The notes beneath the pieces are model-generated. The model searched no databases, had not been told where the DNA came from, and saw only the letters and a list, made by a program, of their open reading frames with translations. DNA of 64,000 nt from positions 1-64,000 of IMG/VR virus record IMGVR_UViG_3300042502_001136. The stretch is one strand, 5' to 3'. A program made the translations under genes and the position numbers. The stretch is from a virus. Below, one piece after another: positions 10,456-20,662 of the stretch; within the stretch, counting starts at the first letter, position 1, and each line of letters opens with the position of its first letter.

Positions 10456-12663
10456 TTAATTAAAAGGATTATTAGCTAGTCTATCTTTAAAAACATTTAC
10501 TCCAACATTAGCTCTACCAAAAACATCAGCATTTAGTTTATTTCTAAAATACTTTTTACCTTCAGCAGTAGATTTTAGATATTTATTGTATCTAGGGTCT
10601 ATTTTAGCCATTGCTTTAGCTCTTGCACCTGTAGGGTCATCTGATAATATTATTTCCATTAATTCTGCATCTCTTAATGTTTTATCTTTTCTTTCAAAAG
10701 TTTCAGTAATATCTCCACTCATATCAGCTAAGTTACTAGAAATTCTACTTTGAATATCATTAGCTCTAGTAAACTCCATTAAGCTATTAGAATTAAGAGT
10801 ATCAACATTTTTACTATTAATAGATTGTCTATTCATAATGTTTTGATTACGTAATCCTGTTTCTATATTCTCTTTTTGTCCTAATATATTATTAGTAACT
10901 TCTAAACCTCTTAATCTTGTACTAGCTACATTTGCTCTAGCTACATTACTATTAGATGTATTAGCATAGATATTATCTACCATTGCTCTTGTTTGTCCTT
11001 TTACTTCAGCTAATTGTGGATTAACATTGTAATTAGTATTAATTCTTTCAGCTTTAGTTAAAATAGGTTTAGGTAATTTAGGACTAAAAGCAGTTAAAGC
11101 TGCATTTCCTACATTATCAATTAATGTAGGAGCTAATTCTTTCATAAAATTAAAAGATTCTTCTTCTCCTATTGTTTCATCAGGAGAAGTTCCGTTTGCA
11201 TATTTTTTAACTTTACCTCCATAAGCAAGATTATCTAATTCATTTTGACCTACTACCATTTTAGCCATTTCTTGTTTTTGTGTTAAAACTTCTTCAGCCA
11301 TATTAAGTCCTGCTAATTGACGTTCAATAGTATTACGAGAAAGACTATCTTTAGTTCCTTCTAATTTTTTATCTAATTTATTTCTTTTAGCAGTTAACTG
11401 TTTCATACGTTTAGCAAAACTTACTCCTTTTTCATCAGTAAGTTGCTCACTATAAACCATATCAGTTCCATCCCCTTGTTCTACTAATACTTCTTCATCT
11501 TCTACTTCTGCAATAGGTTCTCCTTGTTGATATAAAGTGATACCGTAAGAATTATCAATTCTTTTTTCTGAATGTTTATTACCTTCAGCTACTGCAACAC
11601 CATCTCCAATTGGCTTAAGGTTTCCGCCTTTTGTTTGATATTCCCCAATAGAGGTTGTGTTCTGTTTATTAGGTAATTCACCACCACCTGCATAATAATC
11701 AACATAATTACCATCAGTATTATAATCAACTAGGTCTTGAGCATCACTAACAGACTTCTCTTTCCACATTTGATTTAATGCAGAGCTTCTAGCTTTAACA
11801 GCAGCATTTTTTTGCATAGCTCCTTGAATTAATCCCATTCCCATATTAACTCCTGCACCAATTATAGCAGGAGCAATATATCTTTTTTTACTATTTAATC
11901 TTGGTTTTTTCATAATGTTTATTGTATTTATTTTACCACCATTTTCATAAATAGGAGTAATTGTTCTTTTACTACCTTTATCAAGACTTATATTATCAAA
12001 ATCAGTTACTTCTTCTGTTCTTGTCCATCCTCCAAATTTACCTCCACCTTGTGTTTCAACTCTATAACTTTTAGGTATTCTAGCTATAGGAGTTAATTCA
12101 GTAGTTTGTATACTTAAATTAGAATTAAATGGTTTAATATCTAATGGTATTGTAGATATAGGAGTTTGTTTTACTCTTGGTACTGCTATTTCTATAAGTT
12201 GTGTTGGTTTTTTTTGAAAAGTTTCATTTAACACCATTCCCCTACCATTACTTTCTTTAACTTGTTTACCTGTAGTAGTATTTGGTTTTCTTGTATCTTT
12301 TACTATTACTTGTTGTTGTGGTTTTTTCCAAAAAGGTAAAGTAAAAATTAAATTATTCTTTATTCCTTGAGCAGAAGCATATATATTTGTTTTATGTATA
12401 GGTTTTATTTTATTAAATTTATTTTCAACTTGTTCATGATAAGCAATATCTTTAAAACTATTTCTTGTATTGTCATCCAATTTATGTAAAAGTTGTGATG
12501 GGGCTTCTCCTAACTTTCCATTTAAATAATCACCTACATATTTTTTATTTCTATTTCCATAATTATACAAATTTAAACTATCTTGGTAAGCTTTATATCT
12601 AGGGTCATTTTTATCAGAAACTACAATAGGTTTCTTTTTTTTATTTTTATTAGGTTGTAACAT
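10456..12663 (-). CDS. virion cargo/ejection protein
   Basis: 735 aa; Gly-rich hydrophobic segment IAPAIIGAGVNMGMGLIQG, H...GI...AEVEDEEV segment, repeated YxxGG-like motifs; synteny. Confidence 0.6.
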   Translation of the reverse strand: MLQPNKNKKKKPIVVSDKNDPRYKAYQDSLNLYNYGNRNKKYVGDYLNGKLGEAPSQLLHKLDDNTRNSFKDIAYHEQVENKFNKIKPIHKTNIYASAQGIKNNLIFTLPFWKKPQQQVIVKDTRKPNTTTGKQVKESNGRGMVLNETFQKKPTQLIEIAVPRVKQTPISTIPLDIKPFNSNLSIQTTELTPIARIPKSYRVETQGGGKFGGWTRTEEVTDFDNISLDKGSKRTITPIYENGGKINTINIMKKPRLNSKKRYIAPAIIGAGVNMGMGLIQGAMQKNAAVKARSSALNQMWKEKSVSDAQDLVDYNTDGNYVDYYAGGGELPNKQNTTSIGEYQTKGGNLKPIGDGVAVAEGNKHSEKRIDNSYGITLYQQGEPIAEVEDEEVLVEQGDGTDMVYSEQLTDEKGVSFAKRMKQLTAKRNKLDKKLEGTKDSLSRNTIERQLAGLNMAEEVLTQKQEMAKMVVGQNELDNLAYGGKVKKYANGTSPDETIGEEESFNFMKELAPTLIDNVGNAALTAFSPKLPKPILTKAERINTNYNVNPQLAEVKGQTRAMVDNIYANTSNSNVARANVASTRLRGLEVTNNILGQKENIETGLRNQNIMNRQSINSKNVDTLNSNSLMEFTRANDIQSRISSNLADMSGDITETFERKDKTLRDAELMEIILSDDPTGARAKAMAKIDPRYNKYLKSTAEGKKYFRNKLNADVFGRANVGVNVFKDRLANNPFN
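11641..11654 (+). repeat. dispersed motif copy TTCCCCAATAGAGG
   Basis: intragenic; next copy, inverted, at 12837-12851. Confidence 0.7.
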
Positions 12664-12666
12664 ATC

Positions 12667-15600
12667 TTATCTTTTATCAATTAAACTTTTAACATTAACT
12701 TGATTAATATATACATCATTAGTATTACTATTACTCATAATAAGCCGTATTACTACAAATGTACCAATAAATTTTGATTTATCAAAGAAACTTTTGTTAA
12801 TATTTATATTACTTTCAATTACTGAACCAACACTATCTACTATTGGGGAAGATGCAGAAACTACAACATCTCTAAATTCATTGAAATTCCAAACTCCTTT
12901 AACATTTCTACAATTATTAAATTGTTCTAATGTAATAACACCGCTACATTGATAGTCAGTATATAACATTATTTTATCAATAGTACTATTATATAAAGTA
13001 GCTCCAGCAATAGTCTTAACAACAGATTCCCATGTAACTGCTTTATATAATTTACTTAAATCTAATCTACTATTAAATATTAAATCTACATAACTTTCAT
13101 AATTTGTTTTATAATAATATCCTCTATTAACAGATTTTTGATTATGAGCATAATTACTAAAATTAAAAGTAATAGCAAATTCAGAAATAGTATTATTATA
13201 AAAACTAAATAAACCTAATTGATTAAAATAATAAGCATTAGGATAATAATCATGTTCACATACCCAAACTTTATCATATAATTGAAAAGATAAAGTTTTA
13301 CTTAAATTATTAAAGTAACGCTCATCATTATATATTAGTCTTTTCGGATAAGGTATTTCAATAGCAGGATAATCAAAAGAAAAACCAATAACATTATTAC
13401 TAGTAGAAACTAAAACAGTACTATTAAAAATAGTTAATACAAAATAAGGAGTATCAATTCCATTATTACTAATAGTTAAATAATAGTCTTCATCTTCTAT
13501 TAAATTAGCTTCACTTAATTTTAAATTTATATAAGTTATATAATTATCAAATGTAGCAAAACGATTAATACCAATTAAAACATGATTAGGGTCTGTTACT
13601 ACATTTACAAATATACAAGTAACATTAAATAATTGAACATTATTAATATCTCTATAATTTAAAAAAGTAGTATTACCATTTAAAGGTTGACTATTTACAT
13701 TAACTTGAATACCATTAACTAAACTTGTTTTACTATAATAAAATTCTCCATCAAATGTATAAGTAAAAGGTCCTACTTCTTCATCATTTTCTACTAATTC
13801 AGGAAACTTAAATTCATATAATTTTTTAGTAAATAATAATCTATTATACTTTTCATCATATCCTACTAAATGTCCTATACTATTAAAAGGATTATCAACT
13901 CTTTGATGTTTACCAAATCTATCTTCTTTATAAAAACCTTTTGTATCCCAATTAGCTTCAAACCAATTAATAACATTTGCTTTAGTTAATTCAGTAAATC
14001 CTTCACCTATTAAAAATATTTTACCTTTAATTTGGTCTACAACTACATAACCATCAGGACAAACAATACAAGCAAATTGATTAGTACAACCAATATAACC
14101 TTTATTAGTATTAAATTTAATTTCATCAGGTGTTCTATCAAAAATATCTCCTTCTCCTAAATAAGTAGTACTACCATCTGTATTAAGTTTATCTTTTAAA
14201 GTTGCTACAAATAAACTATATTTTTGTTGAATAAATAATTGTTTATTAGTACCTCTTACAGCTACAACCTCTCCTCTGTCATTAAGCATTTCATAATAAT
14301 CATTAGCTCTAAAAGTTCTTAATGCATTAGTTTGTAAATTTTCATTAGGTATTTTAATAGTTCTAGCAATTCTAAAAGGAAAATAATCAATAAAAGGAAT
14401 ACTACTATTATTAGAAACAGCAACAATTAAATCATTAAGACTTCTTTGAATATCTTTATTAAAGAAATCCATAGTATAATTAAAAGTATTTACTAAATCA
14501 GATTGAGAACCACCACCACTTAATATATATTCAACAGTATAATCTCTATCTTTAGTAATAAATACATTTGAATTATTATTAATTCCCCATATACCTTTAA
14601 TAAATAAATCATTAAACCTCATTCTACCAAATATAACAGTACCAAAAGCAATAGATATAGGAAAACGTATAATGTTATTTGTAAATACATCACCATTATC
14701 ATATAACTTTTTATCACTATTAGTTAAAGGAACTCTACCCAAACTAATAAATTCAGTAGGATTAAATCCGACATAAACATTAGTAAGAAGATTTAAAATA
14801 GTAGCACTTAATGTTATACTATATGCAGCATCTTCAAAAGCTGCACCATAATCAACTAATGTATCGTATAATCTAGTATCAGAATTAAATACTTCTATGG
14901 ATGGAATTACTACATTTTCACTTATAACTTCTGTTAATAAAGGATTCCATTTAGTATCCGGTAAATCAGTATATCCACCTGTTTCTGTTTGTAAAGAATT
15001 TTTAGCTTTAAGTAAAATAGTTTCTTCTACAAACATTGTTTTAGCTTCAATATTATTTCCGGGAAGGTATTCAATATCTTTAATTACTGCATATTTTTGT
15101 TCATCACTTATTTTAAAAAATCTATTTGGGTCAAAGTATATATTAAAACTACCTCTATCTTGTGGGGTTAACTCAGGGTCACTAGGATAAATAACTCTAC
15201 TATGATAAACACCATAATTAGCTTTAATTAATTTAGAATTTATTTCTGTTTTATAATTATATAAAGTTGAACTCCATATTTTACTAAAACCATGTTGTAA
15301 ATATCTATATCTTAAAGTATTACCATCAGTTACAGGGTCATCAAATGTAGCAGTAATGAAATCACGATTAGTACCATCTATATTCATTGCAACAGTTATA
15401 GCATGATGAATAAAAGGAATATCTTCTACTAGTCTATCTCCAACTTTTCTTTTTACAATTAGTATTCTATATGCTTGTAATTTTTCTTTTACTTCAGTAG
15501 GAAACATAGCATCAAAATTAGGAATATTAACTCCAAATTTAGGAACTTTACCATAAAATTTATCAGCAGCAGTACCATATTCTTCTCCTGTATTTTTATG

Positions 15601-17031
15601 TGTTCTACCTAAAATACAAGGAACTTTATCACTAATTGCATCTAATCCAGGAACTCTAAAATATCTAATAGGTTCTCCTCTTAAATCTACTCCAGTACTA
15701 AGACCACTACTATTAAAATCATCTTTATTAGGATATACTTCTTCATTTTCCCAATATCCCCAATCTAATTCATTATGAGCAGGATTATTTTCTACATATG
15801 GAGCACCAATAGTAAATTTTCCTGAATTTAGTATATGAAAATTTCTATATACATCAGGAGTTAATTCACTTAGACCTAAAGCATCTAAATCACTTTGAGT
15901 TAATATATCTCTTTCTCCTACTAAGGCTTCTCTACCTATTAAAGGATAAGCTCTACCAAATTCACCATTTAACCATTGTGGTTGAAAATATAAAGCATAT
16001 ACTTCATCAGGAGATAAAGTAGGATGTGTAAATTTTTCATCTCCATCATCATCAGAAATAAAGTGTAATTTAGGAACAAGAACATTAACATAAGGTTGAA
16101 TAGATTCTTCTGTTTCAACTGCTAAGTGTCCTGCTACTATTTGACTATTTTGAGTAGTAAGAGATTTAATGCGAGAATAAAATATAGTAGGTACTACTAA
16201 AGCATCTATAGTGGTAGTAATAAAATTACTAAAACTACTAATATTATATGTTAATTCTTGATTAGCATAAGAAATAGCATTACTTTCATATGCAACTAAT
16301 CCATTATCTGTATTAACTAATAATCCTATTTTAATTTTACTAAAGTTACTATCTAATTCAGTTAATTTAAGTATTACTGTTCTTCTTTCTTCTTCATCCC
16401 ATTCATAGATAGGATAAGCAATATGATGAGCAGGATAGTAAGGAGTAGTAGATATTCCATCAGATAAAACATATGCAAAAGTAATATAAACTAAATCAAT
16501 TGGAACACTTGTGTTAGCTCCATATGAAATTGCTATATTACCTTCTAAAGTTTTAACAAATAAATTTAATAAATTTACATCTTCTGGATTAACTAATTCA
16601 TAATCTCCATCTAAATCAACGCCAATATTAGTTAAATTAATTAATTTAGGAGTATTACTATCAAAGCTAACACCATCACAAAAAGTAACAATTAATTCTT
16701 TTTTATAATTATAAAAAAATACTCCTTCAATAGGATTACTAATATTAAATCCTAAATAAATAGTTTTAATAACAGGAATATAAATTAAATCTTCATTATC
16801 AAAATATCCTATTCTAGAAAATTCACCTTCTATACTAAATACAACAGTTTCTTCATTAGTACTTATTACCCCAATTAGTTCTCCGGGAATATTAACTTGT
16901 TCAACAAATCCATATTCATTAGATACAGATGTAAAACCTTTTGTTAATAGTATATTACGAGCAAACTCCCACATTCCTGTAGGAGTCTTAACTCTAGTAG
17001 TATCTCTACTTAAACCTTTAAATTCTTCCAT
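12667..17031 (-). CDS. tail muzzle / stabilization protein
   Basis: 1454 aa; N-terminal FKGLSRD...WEFARNI; beta-rich; position typical of crAss-like tail block. Confidence 0.75.
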   Translation of the reverse strand: MEEFKGLSRDTTRVKTPTGMWEFARNILLTKGFTSVSNEYGFVEQVNIPGELIGVISTNEETVVFSIEGEFSRIGYFDNEDLIYIPVIKTIYLGFNISNPIEGVFFYNYKKELIVTFCDGVSFDSNTPKLINLTNIGVDLDGDYELVNPEDVNLLNLFVKTLEGNIAISYGANTSVPIDLVYITFAYVLSDGISTTPYYPAHHIAYPIYEWDEEERRTVILKLTELDSNFSKIKIGLLVNTDNGLVAYESNAISYANQELTYNISSFSNFITTTIDALVVPTIFYSRIKSLTTQNSQIVAGHLAVETEESIQPYVNVLVPKLHFISDDDGDEKFTHPTLSPDEVYALYFQPQWLNGEFGRAYPLIGREALVGERDILTQSDLDALGLSELTPDVYRNFHILNSGKFTIGAPYVENNPAHNELDWGYWENEEVYPNKDDFNSSGLSTGVDLRGEPIRYFRVPGLDAISDKVPCILGRTHKNTGEEYGTAADKFYGKVPKFGVNIPNFDAMFPTEVKEKLQAYRILIVKRKVGDRLVEDIPFIHHAITVAMNIDGTNRDFITATFDDPVTDGNTLRYRYLQHGFSKIWSSTLYNYKTEINSKLIKANYGVYHSRVIYPSDPELTPQDRGSFNIYFDPNRFFKISDEQKYAVIKDIEYLPGNNIEAKTMFVEETILLKAKNSLQTETGGYTDLPDTKWNPLLTEVISENVVIPSIEVFNSDTRLYDTLVDYGAAFEDAAYSITLSATILNLLTNVYVGFNPTEFISLGRVPLTNSDKKLYDNGDVFTNNIIRFPISIAFGTVIFGRMRFNDLFIKGIWGINNNSNVFITKDRDYTVEYILSGGGSQSDLVNTFNYTMDFFNKDIQRSLNDLIVAVSNNSSIPFIDYFPFRIARTIKIPNENLQTNALRTFRANDYYEMLNDRGEVVAVRGTNKQLFIQQKYSLFVATLKDKLNTDGSTTYLGEGDIFDRTPDEIKFNTNKGYIGCTNQFACIVCPDGYVVVDQIKGKIFLIGEGFTELTKANVINWFEANWDTKGFYKEDRFGKHQRVDNPFNSIGHLVGYDEKYNRLLFTKKLYEFKFPELVENDEEVGPFTYTFDGEFYYSKTSLVNGIQVNVNSQPLNGNTTFLNYRDINNVQLFNVTCIFVNVVTDPNHVLIGINRFATFDNYITYINLKLSEANLIEDEDYYLTISNNGIDTPYFVLTIFNSTVLVSTSNNVIGFSFDYPAIEIPYPKRLIYNDERYFNNLSKTLSFQLYDKVWVCEHDYYPNAYYFNQLGLFSFYNNTISEFAITFNFSNYAHNQKSVNRGYYYKTNYESYVDLIFNSRLDLSKLYKAVTWESVVKTIAGATLYNSTIDKIMLYTDYQCSGVITLEQFNNCRNVKGVWNFNEFRDVVVSASSPIVDSVGSVIESNININKSFFDKSKFIGTFVVIRLIMSNSNTNDVYINQVNVKSLIDKR

Positions 17032-17041
17032 ATTCTTTATT

Positions 17042-17716
17042 TTAATGTATATAATTAAGAGCTCTTAAATCACCTAATATACTATTATTCCACATCTCAG
17101 TAAATTCCTGATATTCTTCTAAGTTCATCCAATTCACACTATTTCCAGCACGAGGATAATGTTTTTCCCATAATTGATAAGCACTATTATAATCAAGTAT
17201 AGGATGTTTATATCCTGTTAATGCTAATCTCATTATACAATAATATTCAAGTGCTTGAAGAAAATCAGCATCAGAAGGTACTAAAGGAAACCCTTCTTCA
17301 TCACAAGGTAAGCCTTTATAAACAAGTATTACTATTCCTTTTTCAAAAGTTACTTCAATAAATCTTCCATTTGTAGTACCATAAGCTGTATCATGAATAG
17401 GAGCTTTAATTGCCTTTCCTATCAATGGGTTATTTCTAATAATTAATCTACATAAATTAGTAGCATTAGATTCATCATAAAGAGTTTTACCTACCCAAAA
17501 ACTATGAGCATGTTCAATATCACAAGGTAATTGTCCTTTATGATTTATAATAGGAATACTAGCATCTTTATTAATATAGTAATCAGGAATTCCTATTATA
17601 CTAATAGCATCTTCTATCATTTGTGGAAATAAATGACTATAAGAAGTGCTATCAAGTCCATAAATAGTAAGGAGTCTACCTATAAAATTCTTAGTTGTAA
17701 TAAATTTAGTTATCAT
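17042..17716 (-). CDS. tail ring (tubular) protein
   Basis: 224 aa; LPCD...YKGLPCDEEGFPLVP...ALEYY pattern; directly upstream of the muzzle gene. Confidence 0.7.
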   Translation of the reverse strand: MITKFITTKNFIGRLLTIYGLDSTSYSHLFPQMIEDAISIIGIPDYYINKDASIPIINHKGQLPCDIEHAHSFWVGKTLYDESNATNLCRLIIRNNPLIGKAIKAPIHDTAYGTTNGRFIEVTFEKGIVILVYKGLPCDEEGFPLVPSDADFLQALEYYCIMRLALTGYKHPILDYNSAYQLWEKHYPRAGNSVNWMNLEEYQEFTEMWNNSILGDLRALNYIH

Positions 17717-18473
17717 TAGTTACAAGATTAAAACGATTATTAAATTGTTCATCAGTTAAACTTTTCTTATATTCTATTAATTTAGCTACTGAACCATTTT
17801 GTCCTCTAAAAGGAATAAAAACATAGTTTCTAACATTACTTATAAGAGCAGCAGGAAGTAAATTATATTTCCAATCAAACCATAAATCTCTACCTTTATA
17901 ATACTCTAACCATTTTACACCTTTATAAGACTCTCCTTGTGCTTCAAATTCAGCTTTATAATAAGGAATATTTCCGGCTTCTATTATTGCTTCTCTATTT
18001 TTTAAACTTTTACCCCAATCTATTTTCTTTTTATTATTTCTATAAGAAACAATATTAATAGTTCCTATAAAATATTCAGTAAAAGTATATCCTTTTTCAA
18101 TAAGAGCTTTTACTATTAATATATTAAGAGTTCTTAATGTAAAAATAAAGATATTAAGAGTAAGTTTTTGTTTAGTTAATTCCTTAATTTTTAATTCTTT
18201 ATTTTTAATAATACAAACATTACTATAATGTGTTTTAAGTTTTATGTTTGCTAGTTCTTCAATAGTATTAATAGGAGTTTTTATTGTTTGTTCTTCCCCC
18301 AATAGAAGTTGTTGTTTGTTCACAACGTTAGCTAATTTGCCTTTATTACAATCAATAAAAGTTTCTATATCTTTATTAAGTTTTTTATACTTATTAATTT
18401 CTTTTTGAAGACTTTCAATTTCAAGATTAACTTTTACGTTATTTAATTTGTATATTGTTTCAGCTGTTATCAT
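17706..18473 (-). CDS. IHF/HU-like protein of the crAss-like structural block
   Basis: 255 aa; FIGTINI...KKIDWGKS...FDW...YVFIP; located between ring genes. Confidence 0.55.
   Translation of the reverse strand: MITAETIYKLNNVKVNLEIESLQKEINKYKKLNKDIETFIDCNKGKLANVVNKQQLLLGEEQTIKTPINTIEELANIKLKTHYSNVCIIKNKELKIKELTKQKLTLNIFIFTLRTLNILIVKALIEKGYTFTEYFIGTINIVSYRNNKKKIDWGKSLKNREAIIEAGNIPYYKAEFEAQGESYKGVKWLEYYKGRDLWFDWKYNLLPAALISNVRNYVFIPFRGQNGSVAKLIEYKKSLTDEQFNNRFNLVTNDN
18293..18308 (+). repeat. dispersed motif copy CTTCCCCCAATAGAAG
   Basis: intragenic; weaker inverted copy at 18566-18578. Confidence 0.7.
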
Positions 18474-19182
18474 CTGGTTTTATATTTACTTGTTTACCAT
18501 CTTTAGGTTCTAATCGATATTCACCACTAATAATACCTGCATGAAGTTGCATTAACATATCAACACCTATTGGGAAAATAGCATCGTCAGTAAAACCATC
18601 AGTAATAGAACATACTTTATATGCTTCTCTTGGGTCTTCAAATACTCCACGTATCATAACATTACATAATTTTAATGTAGCATTAATATCACATAAATTA
18701 AGATTATTAATGATATATAAATATCCATTAATAACAGTATAATAAATAGTATTAAGTTGATATTTCATACCTACTAAATAAGGAAATCTATCTAAAGTAG
18801 TAAAAACAAAACTTTTAGTACCTTCAATACTACCAATATAAGAATAAGGTGCTATATGAGCAGTTTTAGTTCTAATTGGTAAAGGTATTCTTTTTCTACT
18901 TTTAAGAATTTTATATTCATCTTGTTCTGCAACATTAGGACAAATAGCAGAAATACAAGAAAAATCAGCACCAAATTCAGTTAAAAGATTAACTTGTTCA
19001 AATTGAACAGTAATAGTTTGAGCAAAATGAATATCAGATAGATAATTTCTATCAATATCATCTCTTAAAAATTTAGCTCTCCAATTAATAAGAGTATTTT
19101 TAATACTCTCACGTAATGTTTGATTAAATTGGTCACCTAGTTTATAAGCAATATTTTCTGCTTCTTTGTTTAATGTTGTCAT
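18460..19182 (-). CDS. tail ring protein
   Basis: 240 aa; MTTLN..AENI, NGYLYI, RGVFEDP, DAIFPI motifs. Confidence 0.7.
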   Translation of the reverse strand: MTTLNKEAENIAYKLGDQFNQTLRESIKNTLINWRAKFLRDDIDRNYLSDIHFAQTITVQFEQVNLLTEFGADFSCISAICPNVAEQDEYKILKSRKRIPLPIRTKTAHIAPYSYIGSIEGTKSFVFTTLDRFPYLVGMKYQLNTIYYTVINGYLYIINNLNLCDINATLKLCNVMIRGVFEDPREAYKVCSITDGFTDDAIFPIGVDMLMQLHAGIISGEYRLEPKDGKQVNIKPDDNS

Positions 19183-19194
19183 TATTAATATGAT

Positions 19195-19881
19195 TTAAAA
19201 TAATTTAACTAATCCGACTTTAATAGCACCAGTATTTCTAATATTATTACTATCAAAAGTATTAGTATTCCACTGATAACCACCTTGTATTTGCCAATTT
19301 GATTTACTTTGATATACTCCAAATAAACTAAAATCTTTATTAAAAGTAGCATCTGCTCCAATACCTAATTTAACTTTAGGTTCTTCTGATAAAGTTTCAG
19401 TAACAGTTTCTTTAATAGTAATATATTCTTTTACTAATATAGGGAATTTAGGTTTATATTCCAAATTTTGTTCCACAATTTCGCAATTCCTTGCGTCTAT
19501 CACTGTTTTTATCGTTCCTGATATTAGAGTATCATTTATAGGGTTAAAGCTCGTATAAGCCACAGGAATCGATATGGGAGCATCTGAACCGGAATTTTGC
19601 GGTTTTACTTTCCATTTTATAAGGTAATTTGTCACCGTATCACGTTTAACAATAACATCAACATTAGTAACAAGTTTATTATATTTAAAATAAAGAGTAT
19701 CATATTTAACACTAAGAGTATCTATTGTAGTAGTCATTTCTCTTTTAGTATATCCTCCTAATAATTTTATAATATTAGGTCTAAGCCAATCTTTAGCTAA
19801 ATGAAATAATAGTAATAATAACAATACTATTACTCCGGTTCTAATAATCTTTTTATATTGTGTATATACAGGAATGTTCAT
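19195..19881 (-). CDS. membrane-anchored protein, possible spanin-like lysis accessory
   Basis: N-terminal TM helix, DTL/DTV repeats, C-terminal beta strands ending in LF. Confidence 0.45.
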   Translation of the reverse strand: MNIPVYTQYKKIIRTGVIVLLLLLLFHLAKDWLRPNIIKLLGGYTKREMTTTIDTLSVKYDTLYFKYNKLVTNVDVIVKRDTVTNYLIKWKVKPQNSGSDAPISIPVAYTSFNPINDTLISGTIKTVIDARNCEIVEQNLEYKPKFPILVKEYITIKETVTETLSEEPKVKLGIGADATFNKDFSLFGVYQSKSNWQIQGGYQWNTNTFDSNNIRNTGAIKVGLVKLF

Positions 19882-19883
19882 AA

Positions 19884-20240
19884 TTAATTTACATTAAGGT
19901 TAATACTTTTTTCAACATGATTTTTATCTATAAAATTTAAAATAGTACATATAATTTTTCCTAATTTAGTAAGAGTTTTATCTCTTTTGTTTTTACCTAA
20001 TGCACTACTAATAGTTTCTTTAAAATTACCAAATTGGTAACCTTCTTTTGTTATTAGTAGTGTATTAAGTAAAGTTCTAAAGTTATGATTACCAAATCTA
20101 TCTATATCAATAGCAGTTTGTTTAAAATAACCATTAAATACTTTCCAAGTACAACCATATTTATATAATACTACTATTAGGTTTAATAGCGTTAAAGGAT
20201 TAAATAGTATTATTGCAATTATGTACAATAGTATTCCCAT
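19884..20240 (-). CDS. small phage membrane protein
   Basis: 118 aa; hydrophobic N-terminus; IDRFGN...ETISSALG...IDKNH. Confidence 0.6.
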   Translation of the reverse strand: MGILLYIIAIILFNPLTLLNLIVVLYKYGCTWKVFNGYFKQTAIDIDRFGNHNFRTLLNTLLITKEGYQFGNFKETISSALGKNKRDKTLTKLGKIICTILNFIDKNHVEKSINLNVN

Positions 20241-20241
20241 A

Positions 20242-20652
20242 TTAAGCTAATTCCCAAGCAGCTCCATATACTTGGTCTTGATTATTAATTAATAAATGTC
20301 CTAATTCTGCATATTTAGCTCTTCTACTACTACCTGTTTCTATAATGTTATACATTTGGTCTAGTATATTAGATACATAGTCTGCTTGAGCAAAAGAATA
20401 AGTAATATCTTTATAAGCTCTACCATCGGGCTGAATAATAATAACTTTTTTAGTAAAAGTTTGTTTTTCCATTTCACCTAATTCATTTGTAACCTCTTGT
20501 ACATAAGATATATTATAAAATTCTACAATTTTAAGTTTGTAAACTTTTAAATTATCTATTGCTAGACGTTCAATAATTTCCGCATAAACAATAACAGCTT
20601 GTTCATTTGGATTTCTTCCGTAAACTTTAACGGGAATAACTGTCTTTACCAT
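20242..20652 (-). CDS. hypothetical tail-associated protein
   Basis: ORF track 20242..20670; the ATG at 20652 avoids overlap with the upstream gene. Confidence 0.6.
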   Translation of the reverse strand: MVKTVIPVKVYGRNPNEQAVIVYAEIIERLAIDNLKVYKLKIVEFYNISYVQEVTNELGEMEKQTFTKKVIIIQPDGRAYKDITYSFAQADYVSNILDQMYNIIETGSSRRAKYAELGHLLINNQDQVYGAAWELA

Positions 20653-20662
20653 AATGTTTAAA

